Part shown: piece by piece, positions 18,347 to 27,800 of the stretch
How positions within the stretch are numbered: the stretch's first letter is position 1
Layout of the letters: every line of letters starts with the position of its first letter
Assembly: GCA_963783885.1 (NCBI GenBank)
Contig: CAWAPJ010000001.1
Location: 1 to 64,000 of the forward strand
Origin: Waddliaceae bacterium
GTDB lineage: Bacteria; Chlamydiota; Chlamydiia; Chlamydiales; SLFE01
Length of the DNA stretch: 64,000 bases
Direction: 5' to 3'
Notes under the pieces: model-generated
Databases searched by the model: none
What the model was told of the DNA's origin: nothing
What the model saw: only the letters and a program-made list of their open reading frames with translations
Made by a program: the position numbers and the translations under genes

Positions 18347-19936
18347 TTATTCAATTTCAATTTGCTCGAAAAACTCGTTTAATCCGATAAGTTTTTGCTC
18401 GCTCCGATCAAAACCTGATCGGATGCTTATTTTGTTTTCCGCCTGTTCAATGTCCCCAATAAAAAGTCCAAAACCAACCCCGTCGCGCTCCATTGATTCC
18501 ACCTTTTTCGAAAGAGGCTCTTTTCTCTTGTCGCTTCTCGCTCTATATCCGAGCATGCGGCACCGAAGTTCAATTTCATCCGCATAGCTTTCCTGCTTTT
18601 CAGACAACGGAAAGATTCTCATCTGTTCGGGAAGCACCCAAAAAGGAAGCGACCCAATCCCTTTCTCCAGCAGCAATGCCGCTATACACTCAACCGAGTT
18701 AAAAAATGAACACCCGATGATCCACAGTGACTCTTCTTTCAACTCTGAGTTTATGTTTGGGAAACTTGTCCAAAGCCCCAAACTGGATCCAAGCCAGCGC
18801 CTGCCCAGTTCATCGATAAAATAATATTCAAGCCTGGGCCCTATAAATGATTTTTTTTCAAAATCAGAATCGATGCTTTCAGTTCGCAAGGGCTTAAACG
18901 CTTGATTTTTCTCAAAAGCTTCAACTAGTAAAGCTTCGGCTCTTTCCCAACTAATAAAAGATTTTTGAGTCCTTTTCCCACAGGGTGCAAGAACCCATTC
19001 ACCTTCAATAGAAAGCATTTTATTCCATTTATCAATGAAATGCAAGTAAGAATTCAATTCCCCGGGCACCTGAGACGCTTCGCAAAAGACATGCTGCATG
19101 TCGCTCCAGCATGCATTTGCCCCAAGAAGGCCGGCCGGATAAGGATTCTCCACCGGCAGGTGCTTACGATAAAATTCCGCGACCCTTATAGGTGGGCTTT
19201 TGGATATTGCCGCTGCGTAGGCCGAATGGGCGGATAAAAGCGCTTGAGGGCTGCCTCTTCCGCTAAAAACGACCTCAAGTCCCTTTTCGAAACAAAAATC
19301 CTTCCAAATTCCTTTAAAAACATCAATGATCCCGCAAAAAAGGGGACCTAAAATCCACCCATCCTTTTCAGCAGGGGCAACCGAGGCAAATAATTTTTTT
19401 TGAAGGCCTATCTCTTGATGGCCTTTATGATTTTTCAGCTTCTTTAAAAATTCTTTTAAATGATTTTGGTCAGGAAAAATGGTGCCGGTTATTCTTGTCA
19501 CCACCCGACCATTTTCGTTAAAAATTTCGATATCGAGAAGTTTCAAAGCCCTAAATCCTTTAAGGTCGGATGGATGGGGCAAGGGGCATTCGTCATAAAA
19601 ATCGCCGATTTGCAAAATTTGAACCTCTGCAGGAGAGGATTTCAGCTCACTGGCCTTGAGGGGTTCTTTTTTGTAGTTAAAAAATTCCCGGGCGTTTTGC
19701 CGTATCATAGCGCTGCTTTTAACTTTGATCTCTTCGACCGTTAAAGCTCTGATATGCTCTTCAATCAGCTCGAATGCGTCCTTACTGACAGGGTGTTCGA
19801 ATAAAAAATCGTAATAGAACCCAATGTCAGTCGCCCCTCCCCTTAAAATTTTGGCGTTTGGGAAGGCACGCGTAACCGCTGCGGCCATGAGGCGGGCACC
19901 GCTTTCTCTTAAAGCCTTTAACGGCAAAGATCTCAT
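18347..19936 (-). CDS. Highly diverged threonyl-tRNA synthetase paralog (no TGS domain, catalytic motifs degenerate), ~529 aa
   Basis: GFYYDF, TRITGT.F, FIGPRLE, LPFWVLPEQ and an anticodon-binding-like C-terminus; sits at the thrS position before infC. The start must be ATG 19936 because the upstream extension overlaps the tRNA. Confidence 0.8.
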   Translation of the reverse strand: MRSLPLKALRESGARLMAAAVTRAFPNAKILRGGATDIGFYYDFLFEHPVSKDAFELIEEHIRALTVEEIKVKSSAMIRQNAREFFNYKKEPLKASELKSSPAEVQILQIGDFYDECPLPHPSDLKGFRALKLLDIEIFNENGRVVTRITGTIFPDQNHLKEFLKKLKNHKGHQEIGLQKKLFASVAPAEKDGWILGPLFCGIIDVFKGIWKDFCFEKGLEVVFSGRGSPQALLSAHSAYAAAISKSPPIRVAEFYRKHLPVENPYPAGLLGANACWSDMQHVFCEASQVPGELNSYLHFIDKWNKMLSIEGEWVLAPCGKRTQKSFISWERAEALLVEAFEKNQAFKPLRTESIDSDFEKKSFIGPRLEYYFIDELGRRWLGSSLGLWTSFPNINSELKEESLWIIGCSFFNSVECIAALLLEKGIGSLPFWVLPEQMRIFPLSEKQESYADEIELRCRMLGYRARSDKRKEPLSKKVESMERDGVGFGLFIGDIEQAENKISIRSGFDRSEQKLIGLNEFFEQIEIE

Positions 19937-19944
19937 AAGAAAAT

Positions 19945-20021
19945 TGGTGGGATATAGCTGACTCGAACAGCTGACCTCCACGATGTCAACGTGGCGCTCT
20001 AACCAACTGAGCTAATATCCC
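19945..20021 (-). tRNA. tRNA-Val(GAC)
   Basis: GGGATATTAGCTCAGTTGGTTAGAGCG-CCACG-TTGACAT-CGTGG-AGGTCAGCTGTTCGAGTCAGCTATATCCCACCA; cloverleaf with encoded CCA. Confidence 0.98.
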
Positions 20022-20119
20022 ACAGGCTAAGCAATTAAACCGTTCATTATAAGCTTAGGGAGAAAAAATAGGAAGAAAATTCTACAATTTATTGATTTTC
20101 ATAAAGATAGACACAAAAA

Positions 20120-20148
20120 TTGACAAGTTAATCGGGCGGGGGTAACTT
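20120..20148 (+). promoter_or_regulatory. Putative sigma66/70 promoter
   Basis: TTGACA-17 nt-TAACTT upstream of the GGAGG SD and ATG 20179. Confidence 0.5.
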
Positions 20149-20178
20149 CAGGATATAAAGCAGCGGAGGGAACATATC

Positions 20179-20772
20179 ATGTTTTGCCTTTATAGAACAG
20201 CGGCCATAATTATGGTCATTTTTTGTTTTACAGCTCAGGCAGCAGTCGCCGAAATCGTCAATGTTGTCGTGACCTATAACAAGGATCTTTGCGACAGCCG
20301 CTGCAACCAGCTGCTTGAAAGAACATTTAAAAAAATGGAACAGACCACTGAAGTGAGCGCTAGCCCGGGGCAGATCCTTCTCAAGTGGGAACCGAATACA
20401 AAATTTACTTACCATTTAGTCAAGCGGCCGATGCAGATGGTCGGTCTTTCCATCGATGGAATCTTTGTTACTGTCAAGGGAACAGCCCATGTTGCCGGTC
20501 AGAAAGCCAGCATCACGTCGCTTGGCGACAATACAAAGTTCGATCTAACAAGCGCCCCCGCCCCAAAAGGCGGCCAATATGTCCAGTACAACAACCCTAT
20601 TTCCTATGAGCTGCTTCCGGATGTCAGAGAGCAGCTGCGAGAAGCTCAAAAGAAGCGCGAGCTGGTGACAGTTTCCGGCTTCCTGCTCATGCCGCATCGC
20701 ATGCCGCTCACCATTGTCGTCAATAATGTAAGCATTGAAAAAGAAAAAAAAGAAAAAAACCAATTAAGATGA
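20179..20772 (+). CDS. Exported hypothetical protein, possible HMA-like N-terminal domain (CxxxC)
   Basis: GGAGG SD; signal peptide ending AQAAVA; LCDSRC followed by a helix/strand pattern. Confidence 0.7.
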   Translation: MFCLYRTAAIIMVIFCFTAQAAVAEIVNVVVTYNKDLCDSRCNQLLERTFKKMEQTTEVSASPGQILLKWEPNTKFTYHLVKRPMQMVGLSIDGIFVTVKGTAHVAGQKASITSLGDNTKFDLTSAPAPKGGQYVQYNNPISYELLPDVREQLREAQKKRELVTVSGFLLMPHRMPLTIVVNNVSIEKEKKEKNQLR

Positions 20773-21527
20773 AGTTTCTTGTGGGTTTGATTGCTGCATG
20801 CCAACTTTTTGGGAGCCTGTCTGCAGAGTCCCTTGCAAAGAGCAAGGAAGATTTGCTGAAACATCAGGTTTATCGTTATCCTTATACCGATCTTCCGCTT
20901 CAGCTTGAAAAACACCATCAAAAGTCGATCCTTATCTTTACATTCGGAAGCTTGCTCGATAAAAATTCGGCAGCAAAAACATTCAGCAAGGAAGCCGTGG
21001 ATACCAGATATCTTGCCGTTGCTGTCGGGACGAGGCGCTCATTCAACCGCGATATCCCCCTGCAGCCTCATTATAAATGGGGAATGCCCTGGTGCCCGGA
21101 AGCCAGAGGGATGCTGAATCTCATACCAACCGGATCCGATCAGGATGTGACAAACGGTATATTGATGGAGGTCCCGATTAAAGACATCCCCGCTATGAGA
21201 AAAAGAGAAAAAGGCTATGACCTCGTTCCGGTCATCGTCGCCCCATGGCATGATTATTTAGTCAACGAATCCCCCGATTTTATCATTGCCTACACATTCC
21301 ACGCCCCGGACAATTCCCCTTATACTAGCGATGACATCTATCCGAGACCAGGATATTATGAATTCGCAAGAGACGCGGCGAAAAGACAAGGCCCTCTTTT
21401 TTATGAAATGTGGATGGCAAGCACTTTTCTGTCCGATAAGAAAACCCCCATTTCAGTTTGGGAAGAAGCTGTAAAACACGGCCACGAATACAGCCTGATC
21501 AAAAGCAAAGAACCTGTTTGTCCTTAA
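20769..21527 (+). CDS. Exported gamma-glutamylcyclotransferase-like protein
   Basis: Signal peptide; IFTFGSLL, NGILMEV, MRKREKGYD; ATGA overlap with the upstream gene. Confidence 0.65.
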   Translation: MKFLVGLIAACQLFGSLSAESLAKSKEDLLKHQVYRYPYTDLPLQLEKHHQKSILIFTFGSLLDKNSAAKTFSKEAVDTRYLAVAVGTRRSFNRDIPLQPHYKWGMPWCPEARGMLNLIPTGSDQDVTNGILMEVPIKDIPAMRKREKGYDLVPVIVAPWHDYLVNESPDFIIAYTFHAPDNSPYTSDDIYPRPGYYEFARDAAKRQGPLFYEMWMASTFLSDKKTPISVWEEAVKHGHEYSLIKSKEPVCP

Positions 21528-21552
21528 ATTATCATCAAGGTAGGTAGATGGA

Positions 21553-24027
21553 GTGGCTATGTACGTTCCCCAATTGCCCAATTACCCGGAAAAAACAAGA
21601 AATCTCCGCGAAAAATCGTGGAAAATAGGCAGATGTTCTAACTCGTATTTAAATAGTTTGCTGCACAAATGTCTGAGCTTAGAAGGCCGTACATCGGGGA
21701 TTAAATCCCCTCATTCGATTAAAAATCTTAAAGAAAAAATCAGACTCCCCTCGGGAGGCGATTACAACAGCCGAGAGTTGATAGAAGAGCAGCTAACCCT
21801 GATAGAAAATACCAATTCTGATCCAGAACTTTACAAATTTGCAAGGTTCCTTTCTAAGCAAGAAAACGCCCTCCAAAAACTGGGGATGCTCCTCTTTGGC
21901 CTCGATCATTTTCCGGACAAACTAGCTCAAGGAAGAGACGAGAATCTCCTTGAGGAGATATTTTCTTCGGCAGTGAATCTCATCGACAAGCGTTTAAATG
22001 ATGCTGTCAATCGAAATAAAAAAACCGGTATTCAATCCTCAAAAATCGTTAAAAGTACTCTAATTCCACAAGAGATAGCAAAACTGGTCATCACAGATAA
22101 GGGATTTGTCAATGCAGGACTTTTGGAATGGGTAAAAGAAGCGATAGCCAAGAAAAGGAAGACTTATCTGAGCCATGATGTCAGCTTATTGCAAACACTG
22201 ACTCTATTTTTGCAATCAAAATTGCTGCGAGAGCACCTGGAAAACATCAAAGCCCCGATTAATTCCCAATCTCCGGCAGGAGTTGTTATCAGAGCCTCCC
22301 TCGGGATGGTTCCGGATTCCCCCATACGCAAGGTTCATGCTATCCGAACCGTTGTTGCGGCTCTCCTCTCGCATTTAAGGCAGCAGGAAAAGCGTTCGTG
22401 CTTTGCGACATTTTTAGCTATTAATATGAAACAGTCCCATTTGAAGATGTGTATTGATGACTTTAACTCTTTGCTCCAATACAGCCACTTGACAAGAGAA
22501 GAGGACGGCGTCACCCAGCACTTCCCCTTTCTGCTCAAAATGAGCAATTTGGACCTGAATCATGAACTCAACTTCGACCGGCATGGGAAGATTGACGGCG
22601 CAGGTTTTCTCTTAGACTCGGCTGGAATTTCTGCAGCTTGTAAAGTCATGGGTTTTGACAATCCGAAAGAAACCTTAAAACAAGTAGTTCGGACAATGAA
22701 TTCTCCGGCAACCCCAAAGAAGATTATCGAAAAACTGGCAACTCTTGGGGCAAAATCCTCCATTCAAAGAAAAACAGCGGCAAAACTGTATCAGGAAGGC
22801 TGTTTTGCGTTCGGTTCTGCGACATTCAATCCTTTGCTTAAAGTTTGGGTCAACGCCATTGCCGGAATGGCAGAGTCTCAGGCGAGCTGCTTTTTCGGAT
22901 CATGCATTCTTAAGACAATCATGACTGTCTTTCATAAACATCTGGTAAAAGACTCCTCCTTGGAGTTTGAGAAACAGCTCTATTTCACACTTTACGAAAC
23001 GATTCAGCTCATTTACGATCCCAGCCTAGGCAGCAGCGAAGGAGGCTTTGTCTTGTATGCGGGAGAGGATTGTGGGGAGTTCAGACAATTAAATCGCATA
23101 GACAATGCCAAAGACTTCAAACGCTTCATTAGCCGCATCTTAAATACCCTCGCAAATAATCCCAAAAATAAAGACCTGGCTGAGTCGCTTCAATCCTATG
23201 TCAATTCACTTCAGTTCACGGAAACACTCCTGACATCTTATAACGAAATCCTTTTTCACCACCTTGACAAAACCGATCAAAAAACCAGAAGCGCCCCCTG
23301 GATCAATCTTCTTGGCCATGATGCAAGCGATATCCTGAAAGTCTACCTAAGCGATAGCAAAGAGCTCAAAACGCAAGTTTTCATTCCCAAAAATGGAAAA
23401 AGCCTTTTGAGAAGGCTCATCATCATGGGAAAGAGTCTCGATGAAACGGAAAAAAACAAACTGAAGCAAAATCCCTATCTCTTAAAGCCCGCCCGCATTC
23501 TCAATTATCACGCTTTTTCGCTTATGATCGGCTTTCCCGCTCTGCAAAAAGCCTGGAGGGATAAGAGGCCGTCCCGAAAATGGATCGAAGAAGAAATTTT
23601 CCTTCACGGCTCCGAGGTCTCCGATGCCCCGATAAGCGATGAGCAAAGAAGACTTCTTATAAAAAACCTCAGGATTGCCGATCTTCCCCAAAAAGCTACC
23701 ATCAAAGAATTTAGAAAATCTCTTTTGAAAAAGCTCTATCCCTTTGCGCCGGGAACTGAACTGGAAGTGGATCGATTGATTGTGGAAACACTTCCAAAAA
23801 ATCTGAAAGATAAGCTGGGCAAAACCGTCATTCACTTCGCGGATACGAATCTGCACAGCGGCGTGCACGATATTCATTTTTGTTTTATCGTAAATCCCGG
23901 AACGGGAAAAATCGAAGTTTGGCAGGCGACAGATGATAATTCAACTCTCATTCCCCTGGATCAAAACCTTGTGGTTAAAAATCAGCAGTGGCAGATCTAC
24001 CTCTATCCCGATGGATTAATCAAATAG
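21553..24027 (+). CDS. Large hypothetical protein with papain-like Q/C/H motifs
   Basis: 824-aa open frame; [24 protein letters not shown]. Start uncertain (GTG 21553 or ATG 21559). Confidence 0.75.
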   Translation: MAMYVPQLPNYPEKTRNLREKSWKIGRCSNSYLNSLLHKCLSLEGRTSGIKSPHSIKNLKEKIRLPSGGDYNSRELIEEQLTLIENTNSDPELYKFARFLSKQENALQKLGMLLFGLDHFPDKLAQGRDENLLEEIFSSAVNLIDKRLNDAVNRNKKTGIQSSKIVKSTLIPQEIAKLVITDKGFVNAGLLEWVKEAIAKKRKTYLSHDVSLLQTLTLFLQSKLLREHLENIKAPINSQSPAGVVIRASLGMVPDSPIRKVHAIRTVVAALLSHLRQQEKRSCFATFLAINMKQSHLKMCIDDFNSLLQYSHLTREEDGVTQHFPFLLKMSNLDLNHELNFDRHGKIDGAGFLLDSAGISAACKVMGFDNPKETLKQVVRTMNSPATPKKIIEKLATLGAKSSIQRKTAAKLYQEGCFAFGSATFNPLLKVWVNAIAGMAESQASCFFGSCILKTIMTVFHKHLVKDSSLEFEKQLYFTLYETIQLIYDPSLGSSEGGFVLYAGEDCGEFRQLNRIDNAKDFKRFISRILNTLANNPKNKDLAESLQSYVNSLQFTETLLTSYNEILFHHLDKTDQKTRSAPWINLLGHDASDILKVYLSDSKELKTQVFIPKNGKSLLRRLIIMGKSLDETEKNKLKQNPYLLKPARILNYHAFSLMIGFPALQKAWRDKRPSRKWIEEEIFLHGSEVSDAPISDEQRRLLIKNLRIADLPQKATIKEFRKSLLKKLYPFAPGTELEVDRLIVETLPKNLKDKLGKTVIHFADTNLHSGVHDIHFCFIVNPGTGKIEVWQATDDNSTLIPLDQNLVVKNQQWQIYLYPDGLIK

Positions 24028-24781
24028 GTTTGTCGGAGACGCACCGAAAGCCGGTGAAGTCGTTGCAGTCGTCTTCGAGCATCGGCGCCCGGTCGATAAG
24101 GGGAATCTTCTGCTCAGATTTGGCTGCTGTTCCGCGGCGGATGGTTTTGAAGCGGGAAGAGGCTTTCGTCTCTTCATACGGGCTTGAGGTCCACTCTGCC
24201 ACGTTAGTCATGGCACTCGGCTTTTCCTCTTCTTTAAAGTTAGAGAGCTCATCGCTTTTATTAGCAAGGGCTGCCGCCACTTCCCATTCCGCTTCGGTAG
24301 GAAGCCGTTTTCCCGCCCATCGGGAAAAAGCTTTGGCATCTTCGTAGGTGACCCCGACAACGGGCTCGTTTTTCAGCTCTTCGGGCAAGGCCCCATCGGG
24401 CCAGGTGCGCGGAGGCTCTCTTCTTGTCGCGCGAATAAACAATTCGTACTCCCCATTTGTCACTTCATAAGGGTCGATATAAAATCCTTCAACTTGTATA
24501 GAACTGCTGCCCATGTCAAGTGTTGTCGGAGGGACATAAACCATATTTGAAACGGGACGTTTGCCTTTTTTCTGTTTTTGAGGAACAGACAGGATTTGAA
24601 GCCACGAAATCTCCTCTCCCTCCCCGGGTGCCTGAAATTGCAAGTCATTTTTATCGAAATAGGCTTCGACAGCGCCGACATTTTCAGAGAGGCTCATTTG
24701 TTCTGCTCCAATGACTGCCCCCGCTGCCAGCCGGCAGACTCCGATAATCAACATGAGGGAAAAAATTCTGATCATGAGCAC
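24020..24781 (-). CDS. Exported formylglycine-generating-enzyme (FGE-sulfatase) domain protein
   Basis: [44 protein letters not shown]. Confidence 0.9.
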   Translation of the reverse strand: MLMIRIFSLMLIIGVCRLAAGAVIGAEQMSLSENVGAVEAYFDKNDLQFQAPGEGEEISWLQILSVPQKQKKGKRPVSNMVYVPPTTLDMGSSSIQVEGFYIDPYEVTNGEYELFIRATRREPPRTWPDGALPEELKNEPVVGVTYEDAKAFSRWAGKRLPTEAEWEVAAALANKSDELSNFKEEEKPSAMTNVAEWTSSPYEETKASSRFKTIRRGTAAKSEQKIPLIDRAPMLEDDCNDFTGFRCVSDKPI

Positions 24782-24844
24782 CTCTTGCCTATTTAAGTTC
24801 TAAGAGTCTATTATATAAGCCTACAATACAAAAAACTTATTTAA

Positions 24845-27800
24845 ATGAAAGCTCTAACTGTCAAAAAAGTTCGCGTTCATAACCTGAAAGGGTTCGATAT
24901 CAGCCTGCCGACACGCCAACTCATTGTCTTATGCGGTGTGTCGGGATCGGGAAAGTCATCCCTTGCCTTCGACACCATCTATACCGAAGGGCAGCGCCGC
25001 TATGTGGAATCCCTCTCTCATTTTGCCAAAAGGCAGATGGGAGAGCTCTCCAAACCCGATATCGAAAGCGCCGAAGGAATATCCCCTACGATCTCCATCG
25101 AACAAAAAACAGCCGGAAGAAATCCCCGCTCCACTGTCGGAACCATGACGCAAGTCTATGATTACCTTAGGGTTTTGTTTGCCAGAATCGGCACTGCCTA
25201 CTGCCCTAAAAGCGGCGACCCTGTCGAGCCTCAAAGCAAAGAGCGGATCATCAAAACGGTCCAGGCCTATCCCGATAAATCTAAAATTATCATCATGGCC
25301 CCCTTCGCAAGAGACAAAAAGGGGGAATTCAAGGAAGATTTTCAAGATCTTTTGAAAAAAGGGTATATGCGGGTCAGGGCCGACGGCAAATGGATCTCGC
25401 TGGATGACGACGTTTCGCTCGATGGAAGCGTCCATCACAATATCGATCTCGTGATAGACAGGACCGAGGTCAAACCGGGCAATAAATCCCGCATTGGGGG
25501 CAGCATCACCCAGGCTCTTCAGCAGGGCGGGGGCATCTGCATGGTTTATAATGCGGAAACCGAAGAGGAAGAGCTCTTTTCGATGCATGCCTTTTCTCCA
25601 AAGTCGGGACTCTCCTATCAATCTTTAGAGCCTCAGGACTTTTCGTTCAACAGCCCCATCGGCATGTGCCCAAGATGCCACGGATTGGGTATGATCAACG
25701 AGTTCAAATTGGACCTTATCATCAATCCGGACAAAAGCATCGCCAAGGACTGCTGCTCCATTGCCACCTCCTATCAAACCGTACGCTATGGCAATATCTA
25801 TGACAACCTGGCCAAAATTTTCGACTTCAGCGTCAAAACTCCCTGGAAAAAACTTTCGCAAAAAGCGCAGGATATCTTCCTGTACGGAACGCCCGATGAC
25901 CGCTGGCTGAAAATGACCTTTGTCCATCCCGTCAAAAGCTACGTTTGGACCGACCGCATTAAATGGAAAGGGGTTCTTCACGAAGCGCATGTCCGCTATC
26001 AGGAGGCAAAAACCGAGCGCTACAGAAAAAAAATGGCCGAGCTAATGCACAAACAAGTGTGCCCCGATTGCCGGGGGACTCGCCTGAAGCCTTATCCCGC
26101 AGCCGCAAAGCTCAGCGGAAAAAGCATCAGCGAAATTTCTTCGATGACAATCGGCGAGTGCGTGCGTTTTTTCGAGGGGATTTCCCTGACTCGAACCGAA
26201 CAGCTCATCGCCGAAGAGCTTCTCAAGGAAATTCGCGAGCGCCTCCATTTTCTGGTTCAAGTCGGGCTCCACTACCTCGCGCTCGACAGGACAGCCCCCA
26301 CTCTTTCAGGCGGGGAAGCGCAAAGGGTCCGCCTGGCCTCGCAAATCGGCTGCGGACTTGTCGGCATCACCTATGTATTGGACGAACCTTCCATCGGCCT
26401 TCATCCCCGCGATAATCTCAAGCTGATCGAAACGCTCAAACACCTCCGCAATATGGGCAATACCGTTCTGGTCGTCGAACATGATGAGGAAACGATACTT
26501 TCTGCCGACTACGTTGTCGACTTTGGTCCGGGGGCTGGTTCCAAAGGGGGCGAAATCGTCGTCCAGGGAGACTTAAAGAAGCTGCTCCAAAACCCTCGCT
26601 CCCTAACGGCGGGGTATCTTCGCGGCGACCTCACAATCCCCATTCCCCGAAAAAGACGCAAGCCCTCCAAAGCAAAACTTCAGATTATAGGAGCCCGGCA
26701 CCACAATCTCAAAGAGGTTAATGTAGAGTTTCCCTTGGAAGCCTTCATCGGAATCACAGGGGTCTCCGGTTCGGGCAAGTCTTCGCTGATCTCCGAGATT
26801 CTCTATCCCGCACTCTCCAACAAGCTGCACGGCGGAGAACACGATGTCGGGGAGCACAAAAAAATCCTCGGAATCAAAAACATCGACAAAGCGATCGGCA
26901 TCGACCAGTCCCCAATCGGCCGCAACCCCCGCTCCAACCCCGCGACCTATATTAAGCTTTTCGACGATATCCGAGATCTGTTTGCCAAGCTTCCCGAAAG
27001 CAAAGCAAGAGGATACAAACCCGGACGGTTCAGCTTTAACGTGAGGGAAGGCTCGTGTACCGAATGCTCCGGAATGGGACTCAACAAAGTCGATATGGAT
27101 TTTATGGAAGACGCGTGGGTCCTCTGCCCTCTTTGCCTCGGCAAACGCTTCGACACCGAAACCCTGTCGGTCAAATTCAAAGGGAAAAGCATCTATGATA
27201 TTCTGGAAATGGATGTGGACAAAGCCTTCGAGTTTTTTCAAAACATCCCCTCGATTCGGCATAAACTTGAAGTGCTGCTGAAAGTAGGGCTCGGCTATTT
27301 AAAACTGGGACAATTTTCCACCACGCTGTCAGGCGGGGAAGCGCAGAGGATCAAACTCGCCAAAGAGCTGGTCAGGCCGGCCACGGGAAAAACGCTCTAC
27401 ATTCTCGACGAGCCCACGACAGGGCTGCACTATCACGATGTGAAACACCTTCTTGAAGTCCTCCACGAGCTCGTCAACCGCGGCAATACCGTCATTGTGA
27501 TCGAACATAATATGGAAGTGATCAAAACCGCCGACTGGATCATTGACTTGGGTCCTGAGGGAGGAGCAGGCGGTGGAAACATTGTCGGGGCCGGCACCCC
27601 CGAACAAATAGCCAAAAAGAAAACGGCGACAGGACAGGCGGTCAGCCATATCTTAAACGGTACACTTCTCAAAGAGGTTCAAAAAATTTTGCAGAAACCC
27701 CCTGCCAAGAAGAAAAGCGTCAAAGGGATTCAACACATTATCGTCGAAAACGCTAGACAAAATAATCTCAAAGGGGTCGACGCTTCAATACCGCGAGGAA

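Noticed and set aside
19937-19981. N-terminal extension of the ThrRS-like ORF
   Set aside because: It overlaps the tRNA-Val gene.
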